Part shown: positions 48,309 to 57,647 of the stretch, in pieces
Layout: the number at the start of each line of letters is the position of its first letter
Numbering within the stretch: the stretch's first letter is position 1
Source: Clostridia bacterium
GTDB taxonomy: Bacteria; Bacillota; Clostridia; Oscillospirales; CAG-272
Assembly (NCBI GenBank): GCA_017503325.1
Contig: JAFVTI010000038.1
Location: forward strand, 114,428-178,427
Reading direction: 5' to 3'
Length of the DNA: 64,000 nucleotides
Notes under the pieces: model-generated
What the model was told of the DNA's origin: nothing
The model's database searches: none
Seen by the model: only the letters and a program-made list of their open reading frames with translations
Made by a program: the position numbers and the translations under genes

Positions 48309-51300
48309 ATGCGACCGTTAAAAATTGCAGCTTTCATCCTTTGCGGCTGTATGCTGCTTGGCTTTGCCGCTTGTACTCCCGAAACGCCCCCCGAGCCTTC
48401 CGACAGCTCCGCGGAGCAAACTACAACACCTCCCGAACAAACAGAACCCGAAACTCCCCCCGATCCCCCCAAGGATGCACTCGAAGTGAAAAAGGAGGAA
48501 TTGGAAGCCATGAAAAAGACGATCGGTGCAACGACCGATACCGTCCTTTATGTCAAGGACTTCGGTGCCGTGGGTGACGGCAAGACCGACGACGGTGCCG
48601 CCATCTTTGCAGCAGTCAAGGCTGCCGCAGAGCAGCATGCAACGCTCAAATTTGAGCAAGAAAAATCCTACTACATAGCATCCGTGCCCGGTAGCCGTCT
48701 GACCCCCTTTGCACTTGACAACGCGCATGATATGACCATCGACGGCTGCAATTCGACCATTCTGATCGCGCCCGACATGCGTTATATCCGCTTCTTTGAC
48801 TGCGGAAACATCAAAATGACCAATCTGCATTTTGACTACGCCGTACCGGTTTATCTGGTTGGTAAGGTCATCGCCGTAAACGGCAACGACGTTGTTTACA
48901 GCGTGGATCAGGATCCTTACGCAGATCATTATGATTTCGCACGCATCAACGGCTTTTCGATCATGTATAACGAGGGCACGCAGCAGCGTCCTCACCAGTT
49001 TATCAGCAAATCGGTCAAGACCGGGGATAAGGAAATCACGTTTACGTATGCCAACCCGCATCACTATAAGCAAGGTGATCTGGTATTTCTTCCCAATCCC
49101 GGTGTAGGCCACGCAGCAGACCAGGTCATCCACGTAGCAGGATCGGATCAGCCCATGCTGTTTGAAAACATCGGTGTCCACGCAGCATCCTCGTTTGTTT
49201 GGGCAGTGATGCATAACTCCGCCCCCGTATTTTTTGAGAACGTAGATCTCGTTCCCGCACAGAGCAACGACAAAGAGATCAAGATGGTTTCCTGGCGCGA
49301 CGGATACCATTGCAAGGACAACTCCGCCTCCCTGCACTGGAACAACTGCGAGGCTGACGTGCTGTTTGACGACGTATTCAATATTGCAGCCACGCTCGGC
49401 AACGTGATCGAGGTGGACAACAACTCCACCTTTACCATCAAGAATCTGGAGAATCCTGCCGCTGCATTCGCATGCGAGCCCGGCGACACGATCGATATTT
49501 ATCATCTTCAGGATGGCACCTACAAGGGTAGTGCGCGCGTGCGCGCAGTCGTCCGCAATGCAGACGGCTCCTGCACAATCCACCTCTATTACGGACAAAC
49601 CATTGACCAGGTCACTACGGGCTGCGTAGTGGCAAACCGCGATACGGGTGCTCCCGGCTCTACCATTACCAACTGCCATTTCCAGGGCACGTTCCGCTTC
49701 TTGCGCAACCTGTACGTGGAAAACACCGTCTTTGATATGCTGGTGACCTGGATGATGGTGGAGGGCTCTGTGGAAGGTCCTCTGCCCGGCAATGTGGACT
49801 TTGTGAATTGTACCTTCAATGGCGGTGAGGTTCAGATCGACGCCTTTAACCGCAATACTGCAAAGCGTATGAAGAAGATCGGTGAGCACATCGTGGACAT
49901 CGGCTTCTGGAGCTGTACCTTTAACAGTGACAGCCGCGTATATACCAAAACCGGCGCAGATTATACCATTTCCGAATCTTATACCACAGAGGATCTCTTC
50001 ACGATCAAGAATGCAGCCGCCAACGCTGATCCGCAAAGCATCACCCCCGCCAAGAACGATCTGTTGCTCGGCGTTACCTACGACTGGACGCTCTTTACCA
50101 TGCCCATGACGGGCGAGAGCGCAGCCATTACGCCGCTTGACAGCCTGGATTCCTCTCTGGTTGCTCTGCTCAACCAAGAAAACGTAGGTGATAACGTACT
50201 GCAGCTGACTGCAAAGCAGGGTGAGAAGCTGTATTTGGACGGTCTGAGTGCTTCCGCATTCCCTGCCCTGCATGAAAAAGGCGGCAGTTATATCGTCAAG
50301 CTGACCTATTACACCGCGTCTCCCGTCAAAGCAAGCCTTGTCATCGGAGATCAGGTGGTTTCCGAGGACCTCTTCAACATTACGGGCGAGTTGACCACGG
50401 TAACCTTCAGATATGAAGCCAACGGCACGGGTAAGATTTCTTATATTGAGTACGCAGGCGACGGCACGGCATACCTTGGCGAGCTGACTCTGGCATCGTT
50501 CGTCAATGCCAATCCCTCGATCAGCCAGCTGGAGGCAGGACACACCTTCGCCTGGGATAACAAGGTACAGATCAAGGGTGGCGAGGTACTCAAGGTTTCC
50601 GATATTCAGGACGCGGCTGTCAAGCAAGCGATCCAGGGGGCTCCCGACCGCTTTGGTGAGACCGTCATGCACCTAAGTCAAGACTTTGGCCAGTTTACGG
50701 GGATTACCAAGAAGTCTTACTTCACATCCGGTACGACCTACCATTTAAGCATTGATGCCTATATCGCCTCCCCCGTCTCGGCGGGCACCACCATGTATCT
50801 GCTTGCCATGGACGATACCGAAGGCAATCGCGTGCTCAAGGAAGGCATTTTTGCAGGCGAGGGCATGTACCACTTTGAGATGGACTGGCAGGTTGGCACC
50901 ACCGGCGAATACGAGCTCAGATTCTTTATCAACAACACCCCTGCCAAGTATGCGGACATTTACGTGGGTAACTTCTCCATAACCAAGATGCCCGGCATGA
51001 ATCCCAACTCCACCATCGTTCCCGAAAGCATGGCCGCTCCCACGGCAGATCAGCTCAAGGCAGGCTTTACCTACGATTTTGCACAGGGTATCTTCTTTGA
51101 GACTACCAAGAATACCTACGTGGATTCCTCCTGCCTCAACGCCTATACCAAAGAGAAGCTGGCCGAAGCCGGATTTGGCGAGTATGCTTACTACTTCAAC
51201 GACAACTTTGACGGCGTTGCTCTGGCAAATCCCCTGCAGGGTGGCAAAAAGCATACCATCACCATGCGCGTCTTTGACTGCAAGGGCAATCTGGACGACA

Positions 51301-51512
51301 ACGCGCGCGGCGCGTTTGTGCTGCTCAACATGACCGGCGGAGGACAAAACAGCGCGGAATGTAATTATAAGATCACGGCTGTCGAGGGACTTCCCGGCGT
51401 ATACGATATCACCTTTACGGATACGCCTCCCATGGGAACAGATACGTTCAGATTCTACCAGATCGAACCCTGCGAGTTCTATATCGCATCCATCACGGTC
51501 AAGATCGGCTAA
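48309..51512 (+). CDS. large surface lipoprotein with N-terminal pectate-lyase-superfamily (right-handed beta-helix) domain
   Basis: ATG at 48309 after ACAGGAGG. MRPLKIAAFILCGCMLLGFAAC lipobox. VLYVKDFGAVGDGKTDDGAAIFAAV is typical of Pectate_lyase_3-type beta-helix proteins. The C-terminal ~550 aa are unassigned. Confidence 0.65.
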   Translation: MRPLKIAAFILCGCMLLGFAACTPETPPEPSDSSAEQTTTPPEQTEPETPPDPPKDALEVKKEELEAMKKTIGATTDTVLYVKDFGAVGDGKTDDGAAIFAAVKAAAEQHATLKFEQEKSYYIASVPGSRLTPFALDNAHDMTIDGCNSTILIAPDMRYIRFFDCGNIKMTNLHFDYAVPVYLVGKVIAVNGNDVVYSVDQDPYADHYDFARINGFSIMYNEGTQQRPHQFISKSVKTGDKEITFTYANPHHYKQGDLVFLPNPGVGHAADQVIHVAGSDQPMLFENIGVHAASSFVWAVMHNSAPVFFENVDLVPAQSNDKEIKMVSWRDGYHCKDNSASLHWNNCEADVLFDDVFNIAATLGNVIEVDNNSTFTIKNLENPAAAFACEPGDTIDIYHLQDGTYKGSARVRAVVRNADGSCTIHLYYGQTIDQVTTGCVVANRDTGAPGSTITNCHFQGTFRFLRNLYVENTVFDMLVTWMMVEGSVEGPLPGNVDFVNCTFNGGEVQIDAFNRNTAKRMKKIGEHIVDIGFWSCTFNSDSRVYTKTGADYTISESYTTEDLFTIKNAAANADPQSITPAKNDLLLGVTYDWTLFTMPMTGESAAITPLDSLDSSLVALLNQENVGDNVLQLTAKQGEKLYLDGLSASAFPALHEKGGSYIVKLTYYTASPVKASLVIGDQVVSEDLFNITGELTTVTFRYEANGTGKISYIEYAGDGTAYLGELTLASFVNANPSISQLEAGHTFAWDNKVQIKGGEVLKVSDIQDAAVKQAIQGAPDRFGETVMHLSQDFGQFTGITKKSYFTSGTTYHLSIDAYIASPVSAGTTMYLLAMDDTEGNRVLKEGIFAGEGMYHFEMDWQVGTTGEYELRFFINNTPAKYADIYVGNFSITKMPGMNPNSTIVPESMAAPTADQLKAGFTYDFAQGIFFETTKNTYVDSSCLNAYTKEKLAEAGFGEYAYYFNDNFDGVALANPLQGGKKHTITMRVFDCKGNLDDNARGAFVLLNMTGGGQNSAECNYKITAVEGLPGVYDITFTDTPPMGTDTFRFYQIEPCEFYIASITVKIG

Positions 51513-51522
51513 ACAAACACTT

Positions 51523-51554
51523 GAAGGACAGGATTTCTCCTGTCCTTCTTTTTT
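51523..51554 (+). terminator. intrinsic terminator after the beta-helix gene
   Basis: GAAGGACAGGA-TTTC-TCCTGTCCTTC followed by TTTTTT. Confidence 0.8.
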
Positions 51555-51643
51555 CATGCCATCTTGTGTATTGACAATTCCGGCTGACTGTGTTATACTT
51601 ATTATGTATGAGTATATCAAGAATACATACGGAGGAAATACAT

Positions 51644-52627
51644 ATGAATATCAAAAACAAATGGATCGCTGCTCTGCTTGCGGCAGGCATGATTTGTGCT
51701 GTCTGCGTAGGCTGTGATCAGCAGACGGGCCCCGAGCATTCCGAAAGCACCACGGACAACGTATCCGAACAGCAGACACAGGAGCAGGCACCCGTTACCA
51801 AATACGGCAACTTTACCACCGAGGGCTCTGCACTTACCTTGGAGGAGATCTTCAAGGATGATCTCAAGCACTCAAACGATACCTTTGCAACCGGCTCCTC
51901 TTACTCGGACGAAAAGATCTCTAACGTCTACAAGATCGCCGATTACGTTGCAAACTACGAAAAGTACATCGATGAATACGATGCGCGTGAGGAGTTCGAC
52001 AAGCTGTACGCACAGACCGGCTTTACCATGGACTTTGGCTTTGGCTCGGATATGATCGCACACTTTATCGGCATGTCGGGCGAGACCTTTGACTACACCG
52101 ACAGAATGTCCGAGCTGCTTGACTTCCCCAAGGTTGCTGCAGCGCAGTCCACCAGCGTCAACGCCGCTATGAAGGCTGCGGAAAATCTGGTCAAGGACGG
52201 TCAGAGCGGCGTTTCGATCAATCAGCTCACCCCCATCAGCTTCTCCAGCCTGAAATCCACCGACGGCCCGATCTACTTTGCTCTGGGCTCTTACCACACC
52301 ATGGCAGATCTTTCCGAGGTTCAGAGAACCGGTGATACGCTCAGCGCAAAGCTGACCTTCCGCATCGTAGACTTCTACGACTGGGCAGAGGACGCAACCG
52401 AGCCCGAATTCACCTCTTACCTGGAAAAGCTGGATGATGACTATCGCCTGCTGGTTGGCGAGATCATCGACATGCCCACGCTGGAGGCCTTCTGCCAGGC
52501 AGATATGGCTCAGCTGCATTACGCAGGTCTTGCACAGAATTTCCTGGCGCACGGCACCGTGGTTTATAACATCACCTGGACCGCAGGCCAGACCTTCGAC
52601 CAGGCAACCGTTGTTCCCGTAAACTGA
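51644..52627 (+). CDS. lipoprotein of unknown function
   Basis: ATG at 51644 after ACGGAGGAAATACAT. MNIKNKWIAALLAAGMICAVCVGC lipobox. Promoter TTGACA, 17 nt, TATACT lies just upstream. Confidence 0.65.
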   Translation: MNIKNKWIAALLAAGMICAVCVGCDQQTGPEHSESTTDNVSEQQTQEQAPVTKYGNFTTEGSALTLEEIFKDDLKHSNDTFATGSSYSDEKISNVYKIADYVANYEKYIDEYDAREEFDKLYAQTGFTMDFGFGSDMIAHFIGMSGETFDYTDRMSELLDFPKVAAAQSTSVNAAMKAAENLVKDGQSGVSINQLTPISFSSLKSTDGPIYFALGSYHTMADLSEVQRTGDTLSAKLTFRIVDFYDWAEDATEPEFTSYLEKLDDDYRLLVGEIIDMPTLEAFCQADMAQLHYAGLAQNFLAHGTVVYNITWTAGQTFDQATVVPVN

Positions 52628-52670
52628 TTTTGAAAAGCGTCTACCTAATCAAATATGAAGGAGAAACATT

Positions 52671-54158
52671 ATGAAATTCCGCGCTCTTTCTTTACTTCTT
52701 GCGATCCTCTTGCTTCTCCCCTGTCTGTTTGCATGTGCCAATGCGGGCCCCGATACGACCGATGAAAGCGCTTCCAACGAAGCAGAAACCGAATTTGATC
52801 CCTTTGCCGGGCTTGATTTTGGCGACGAGGAATTCTGGATCTACACCAGTATCAACGCAGCCTCCACAGGCATGGGCAACTCCAACTTCATGATCGAGGG
52901 CGAAGGCGAGGAGGCTGACTCCTCCGATATCGTGGCATCGGCCGTTTACAAAAGAAACCTTGACACAGAGGAGCTTTTGGGCGTCAATTTGGAATACGTG
53001 CACTCCGACCTTGTCTACACCGCCGTTTCTGACGATGTCAAAAAGTTCGTCACCTCGGGATCTAACGAATTCGACCTGATCATCAACGACCTCTTTCCCT
53101 TGGCGGGACTGAGCATCAACGGTTATTTCGTCAACACACTGGACGAAAGCTACAAGTTTGATTTTGATCAGAACTACTGGTACTCGGACTACATGACCGA
53201 CGTAAGCTTTATCGAGGGCTATCAGTTCCTGCTGGCCGGCGACTACTTTGCCGACGTGATCCGCAGCGGTCACTGCCTGCTTTACAACAAGGACCTTTAC
53301 GAGGACAAATACGGCAATCCCGACGAGCTTTACGAGATCGTGCTCAACTACGAATGGACGCATGCCAAGATGCTGGAGATCATTTCCGAGAACTACGTGG
53401 ACCTCAACGGTGACGGCCAGGCCGACATGGAGGACCGCTACGGTTACGTTATCAGCGATATGTGGGGCAGCTCGATCCCGCTGATCGCCTCGGGTGATAC
53501 CAACTACATGACCCGTGAAGAAAACGGTTATCCCACGATCACCATCAACAACGAGCGTACCTACACTTTGACCGAGAGTATTTACCACCTGATGTACAGC
53601 GAAGGCACCAAGGTGTTCAACGAGGGTGACGTGCTCAACGCATTTATCAACGACCAGGCCATGATCGTTGGATATCAGCGACTTGGCTCGCTGGAAAACA
53701 TGCGCCACATGGAGCATGACGCAGGCATTATTCCCTACCCCATGCTGCTGGCAACCGACAAGCAGTATAACACCTCCTCGCACGATACCACCGAGGTTGG
53801 CGTGATTCTGACCACCGCAATCAACGATATGGAATTTATCAGCACGGTGCTCGAGGTGCTCAACCGCGAGACCGCAAAGACGGTTATGCCGCAGTACTAC
53901 GAGACCGCACTCAAGGTTAAGTACACCGATGACCCGCAGGCGGGCGCGATGATCGACATCATTCACGACAACTTCCGTAACGTGTTTGAGCTTGCATACG
54001 ATTACGCCATCGGCACGCCCATTCAGAGCATCATTTACGGCACCATCGCTGCCAAGTCCTACAGCGTATCCTCCAAGCTGGCAAAGTCGCAAAAGAGCTG
54101 TCAGAAAAAGATCAACAAGCTGATCAGCCAGTGCGAAGAAGCATTTATTGAAAACTAA
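52671..54158 (+). CDS. SBP-like lipoprotein (seventh, distant member of the family in this window)
   Basis: MKFRALSLLLAILLLLPCLFAC lipobox. 495 aa. Same length class and similar internal blocks (NYWYSDY.., IIPYPML..). Confidence 0.55.
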   Translation: MKFRALSLLLAILLLLPCLFACANAGPDTTDESASNEAETEFDPFAGLDFGDEEFWIYTSINAASTGMGNSNFMIEGEGEEADSSDIVASAVYKRNLDTEELLGVNLEYVHSDLVYTAVSDDVKKFVTSGSNEFDLIINDLFPLAGLSINGYFVNTLDESYKFDFDQNYWYSDYMTDVSFIEGYQFLLAGDYFADVIRSGHCLLYNKDLYEDKYGNPDELYEIVLNYEWTHAKMLEIISENYVDLNGDGQADMEDRYGYVISDMWGSSIPLIASGDTNYMTREENGYPTITINNERTYTLTESIYHLMYSEGTKVFNEGDVLNAFINDQAMIVGYQRLGSLENMRHMEHDAGIIPYPMLLATDKQYNTSSHDTTEVGVILTTAINDMEFISTVLEVLNRETAKTVMPQYYETALKVKYTDDPQAGAMIDIIHDNFRNVFELAYDYAIGTPIQSIIYGTIAAKSYSVSSKLAKSQKSCQKKINKLISQCEEAFIEN

Positions 54159-54170
54159 ACGCAAAAAAAT

Positions 54171-54196
54171 AACGACCCTGCCGTGGCAGGGTCGTT
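54171..54196. terminator. bidirectional terminator between convergent genes
   Basis: AACGACCCTGCC-GT-GGCAGGGTCGTT flanked by an A-run and a T-run. Confidence 0.8.
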
Positions 54197-54209
54197 TTCT
54201 TTTACTTGT

Positions 54210-54971
54210 TTACTGTGCTGCGTCCACGATTGCGGTGAACTTAGCGGCAACCAGGGATGCGCCGCCGATCAGACCGCCGTCAACGTGCTGCTTTGCAAGC
54301 AGCTCTGCTGCGTTCTTATCGTTCATGGAGCCACCGTACTGAATGGTGGTAGCCTCTGCAACCTCTGCGCCGTAGATCTCTGCAAGAGCCTCGCGGATCT
54401 GGCCGCAGGTCTCGTCAGCCTGCTCGGGAGTAGCCGTCAGACCGGTACCGATTGCCCAAACGGGCTCGTAAGCGATGATGACGTTTGCCATCTGCTCAGC
54501 AGTAACGCCTTCAAGGTCCAGCTTGGTCTGCATGGAAACGACCTCACGGGTAATGCCGGAGAGTCTCTCCTCCTTGACTTCGCCCAGGCAAAGGATAACC
54601 TTCATGCCTGCCTCAAGAGCTGCCTTGGTACGAGCATTTACGGTTGCGTCGGTCTCGCCGAAGTACTGTCTTCTCTCGGAGTGGCCAATGATGACGTACT
54701 CAACGCCGATTGCGGTCAGCATCTCAGCGGAAACCTCACCGGTGTACGCGCCGCTCTTTGCAAAGTGTACGTTCTCAGCACCGATCTTGATGTTGGAGCC
54801 TGCTGCAGCCTTCATAGCTGCATCGATGGTAACGTAAGGAGCGCAGAAAATGATATCGCAGTTATCCTTACCGGCCACCATGGGCTTGATTTCTTCAATA
54901 AAAGCAGTTGCCTGTGCGGGAGTGAAGTTCATCTTCCAGTTGCCCGCGATCACGGTTCTTCTGTTAGCCAT
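54210..54971 (-). CDS. tpiA: triosephosphate isomerase
   Basis: ATG at 54971 after GGAGGATCGACAAA. VIAGNWKMN, IIGHSERR, AYEPVWAIGTG, GGASL. Confidence 0.9.
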   Translation of the reverse strand: MANRRTVIAGNWKMNFTPAQATAFIEEIKPMVAGKDNCDIIFCAPYVTIDAAMKAAAGSNIKIGAENVHFAKSGAYTGEVSAEMLTAIGVEYVIIGHSERRQYFGETDATVNARTKAALEAGMKVILCLGEVKEERLSGITREVVSMQTKLDLEGVTAEQMANVIIAYEPVWAIGTGLTATPEQADETCGQIREALAEIYGAEVAEATTIQYGGSMNDKNAAELLAKQHVDGGLIGGASLVAAKFTAIVDAAQ

Positions 54972-54991
54972 TTTGTCGATCCTCCTGTGGA

Positions 54992-56308
54992 TTATTCCTT
55001 GTCGCCAAGGCAAGCGATACCGGGCAGCTCCAGGCCTTCCAGGAACTCGAGGGATGCACCGCCACCGGTGGAGATGTGAGTGATCTTATCAGCATAGCCG
55101 AGCTGCTCGCAAGCTGCTGCGCTGTCGCCGCCGCCTACGATGGTGGTTGCCTCGGAAGCAGCCAGAGCCTCTGCTACTGCAATGGTACCCTTAGCAAGGG
55201 TGGGGTTCTCAAATACGCCCATAGGACCGTTCCAAACAACGGTCTTTGCGTTCTTAACAGCCTCTGCGTACAGAGCCATGGTCTTAGGACCGATATCAAC
55301 GCCTTCTCTCTCAGCGGGGATCTTGTCAGCGTCGTAGATTTCCACGTCAACGGGAGCGTCGATGGGGTTGGGGAATTCAGCGATGGTGGTCACGTCGATG
55401 GGCAGCAGCAGCTTAACGCCGTTTGCCTCGGCCTTAGCCATCATATCGCGGCAGTAGTCGATCTTGCTCTCATCCAGCAGAGACTTACCAACGCCGTAGC
55501 CCTTAGCAGCCTGGAAGGTGTAAGCCATACCGCCGCCGATGATCAGGGTGTCAACCTTGCCAAGCAGGTTGTTGATAACGTTGAGCTTATCGGAAACCTT
55601 TGCGCCGCCCAGAATTGCAACGAAGGGACGCTCGGGGTTAGCCAGAGCCTTACCCATAACAGAGATTTCCTTCTGAATCAGGTAGCCGCAAACTGCAGGC
55701 AGACCTGCATGCTGAGCAACACCTGCGGTGGATGCGTGTGCACGGTGAGCGGTACCGAATGCGTCGTTTACGAAAATTTCAGCAAAGCTTGCAAGCTGCT
55801 TTGCGAATTCGGGATCGTTCTTCTCTTCCTTCTTGGTGAAGCGGGTGTTCTGCAGCAGAACGATGTCGCCGGGCTTCATAGCGGCAACCTTAGCCTGTGC
55901 ATCGGGGCCAACGGTATCCTCTGCGAATACTACGCCGCCGCCAAGCAGCTCGTTGAGCTTATCAGCAACAACCTTGAGGGAGAACTTCTTAACGTCACCC
56001 TTTGCCTTTTCAAGAGCAGCAGCGGTAGCAGCTTCTCTTTCAGCCTCGGGCAGCTTTTCGATCTTTGCGATCTCCTTCTTGTCCAGCTTGAGCTCCTTGT
56101 CAAACACGTTGTGGGGCTTGCCCATGTGAGAGCAAAGGATAACCATAGCGCCCTGCTCCTTGAGGTACTTGATGGTGGGCAGTGCTTCTACGATTCTCTT
56201 CTCGGAGGTGATGACACCGTCCTTGACGGGTACGTTGAAGTCGCAACGAACCAGGCACTTCTTACCGGCAACGTTGATGTCTTCGATATTCTTCTTGTTG
56301 TAAGTCAT
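54992..56308 (-). CDS. pgk: phosphoglycerate kinase (with a ~35-aa Lys/Glu/Ala-rich insertion)
   Basis: ATG at 56308. [48 protein letters not shown]. Confidence 0.9.
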   Translation of the reverse strand: MTYNKKNIEDINVAGKKCLVRCDFNVPVKDGVITSEKRIVEALPTIKYLKEQGAMVILCSHMGKPHNVFDKELKLDKKEIAKIEKLPEAEREAATAAALEKAKGDVKKFSLKVVADKLNELLGGGVVFAEDTVGPDAQAKVAAMKPGDIVLLQNTRFTKKEEKNDPEFAKQLASFAEIFVNDAFGTAHRAHASTAGVAQHAGLPAVCGYLIQKEISVMGKALANPERPFVAILGGAKVSDKLNVINNLLGKVDTLIIGGGMAYTFQAAKGYGVGKSLLDESKIDYCRDMMAKAEANGVKLLLPIDVTTIAEFPNPIDAPVDVEIYDADKIPAEREGVDIGPKTMALYAEAVKNAKTVVWNGPMGVFENPTLAKGTIAVAEALAASEATTIVGGGDSAAACEQLGYADKITHISTGGGASLEFLEGLELPGIACLGDKE

Positions 56309-56418
56309 GGATGTATTCCACCTTTCACAAATAATTTTTTCCACCTAATACTATAACACATTTTGCACGCATTTGCAAGAGAATTTGCACAAAAAATCAA
56401 AAATCGGCAAAAACGTAA

Positions 56419-56442
56419 GACAGGGCGCACGTGCGCCCTGTC
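56419..56442 (-). terminator. terminator after lipoprotein gene 56461..57150
   Basis: GACAGGGCGCAC/GTGCGCCCTGTC perfect palindrome, followed on the minus strand by TTACGTTTTT. Confidence 0.75.
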
Positions 56443-56460
56443 CGTTTGTATAATATGGTA

Positions 56461-57150
56461 TTATTCCTCTTCAAGCTCGGTGATGGTCAGCGAGAATTTC
56501 GCGATCATCTTTTTGTTTGCCTTACCGTTGACCCAGGACTCGATTTCGTACTTGACGTACTCCTCGGGCATGGTCGTGCTCTTGTAAGGCTTACCGGTCC
56601 AAACGCCTACGCCGTCGCCTTCGTCAACGCCGTCGCAAACCAGAATCAGATATCTGCCGCCGGGGATCTGGTTCTCTTCAAATTCGCAAACCAGGTCGCT
56701 GTTGTCCGCAAAGTCAACGAACTGCTGCGTGTAAACAGGCTCTGCAGCGACAGTGGTGTCATAATCGGTGTTCCAAGCAAATACCTTAATGGTCAGGCTA
56801 CCGATGTTATCGCCGTAGCTGGGAGCCAGTACGCTTGCTTCGTACAAGAATCCGCCCTCGGGGATGGTTACGGCAACGCCAATGCCCTTATGATGGGCCT
56901 CGATCTTCTGTGCGGTGTGATTTGCATCGTCCACGTCCCAAACGTCTACGTAAACGTCGGTCAGATCCGGAAGGCCGTCATCGGTGGTCTCTTCCCTGGT
57001 GGTCGCTGCTTCGGTAGGCTTTTCGGTAGGAGCCTCAGTCTTTGCCTCGGTGGTCTCTCTGGGAGCTCTCGGCTCTTCCTTTTCGTCACATGCTGCAAAT
57101 ACGCAGCACAGCAGCATGGCTGCCAAAAGGATCGCAAGAATTCTTTTCAT
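56461..57150 (-). CDS. lipoprotein of unknown function
   Basis: MKRILAILLAAMLLCCVFAAC lipobox, followed by a Thr/Glu/Ala/Pro-rich linker. Confidence 0.65.
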   Translation of the reverse strand: MKRILAILLAAMLLCCVFAACDEKEEPRAPRETTEAKTEAPTEKPTEAATTREETTDDGLPDLTDVYVDVWDVDDANHTAQKIEAHHKGIGVAVTIPEGGFLYEASVLAPSYGDNIGSLTIKVFAWNTDYDTTVAAEPVYTQQFVDFADNSDLVCEFEENQIPGGRYLILVCDGVDEGDGVGVWTGKPYKSTTMPEEYVKYEIESWVNGKANKKMIAKFSLTITELEEE

Positions 57151-57255
57151 GGTATGTAAACTCCTTTCAAAAGTTTCTATATTGCCATTATAGCAGATTT
57201 TTCCGCTTTTCGCAAGAGGTCAAGGACAATATTTTTACATTTTTTCAAAAAGCGC

Positions 57256-57284
57256 TTGACAAAACGCAAGCAAAAGCGTACAAT
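57256..57284 (+). promoter_or_regulatory. promoter of the TPP riboswitch-thiT unit
   Basis: TTGACA (57256-61), 17 nt, TACAAT (57279-84). Confidence 0.65.
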
Positions 57285-57295
57285 ATACGCGGACA

Positions 57296-57400
57296 ACCGC
57301 ATAAAAAATCAGGGGTGCTGAAGGCCAAGAGCCAACGGCTGAGATGCGCAGGCGCGCGAACCCTTAACCTGATACGGATAATACCGGCGTAGGAAGATTT
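57296..57400 (+). promoter_or_regulatory. TPP (THI-box) riboswitch
   Basis: CAGGGGTGC...GGCTGAGA...GAACCCTTAACCTGATACGGATAATACCGGCGTAGGAAG matches the THI-element core. Confidence 0.9.
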
Positions 57401-57425
57401 GCACATACTTGAGATAGGAATTCCT

Positions 57426-57462
57426 CAACCGCACGGAGATCTTTCGTGCGGTTGATTTGTTT
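57426..57462 (+). terminator. riboswitch expression-platform terminator
   Basis: CAACCGCACG-GAGATCTTT-CGTGCGGTTG followed by ATTTGTTT. Confidence 0.7.
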
Positions 57463-57469
57463 GGGAACC

Positions 57470-57618
57470 ACTAAATATTCTGCCATCGGCGAAGCGGCGG
57501 AATCTTTTCCATCATTCGTCACAAAGAATCTTTCGTATAGAATTCACTATACGCGCAGATTCTTTGTTTAGACTGACGAAAAATCTTCTCACCGCCCGCT
57601 CGACGCAGAATACTTAGT
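57470..57618. repeat. ~150-bp nested imperfect palindrome (long rod-like hairpin) between the riboswitch terminator and the thiT SD
   Basis: Arms ACTAAATATTCTGC / GCAGAATACTTAGT, ACAAAGAATCT / AGATTCTTTGT and CGTATAG / CTATACG, centred on GAATTC at about 57540-57545. Confidence 0.75.
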
Positions 57619-57647
57619 GCTCCCCATTATCAAAGGAGGAGGTTTTT

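Noticed and set aside
48318-50672. 784-aa minus-strand ORF inside the beta-helix lipoprotein gene. Similar antisense ORFs occur in smc, topA, lon, pgk, the SBP-like gene at 52692..54164, and others.
   Set aside because: These are shadow ORFs opposite genes with clear motifs. They have no independent start signals.
56309-56460. Three spaced (G)TGCAAA motifs upstream of pgk as a possible CggR-type operator; gapA is missing upstream of pgk.
   Set aside because: The motifs overlap a plausible TTGCAA-17-TATAGT promoter and do not resemble the CggR repeat as I remember it. The absence of gapA here simply means it is encoded elsewhere.
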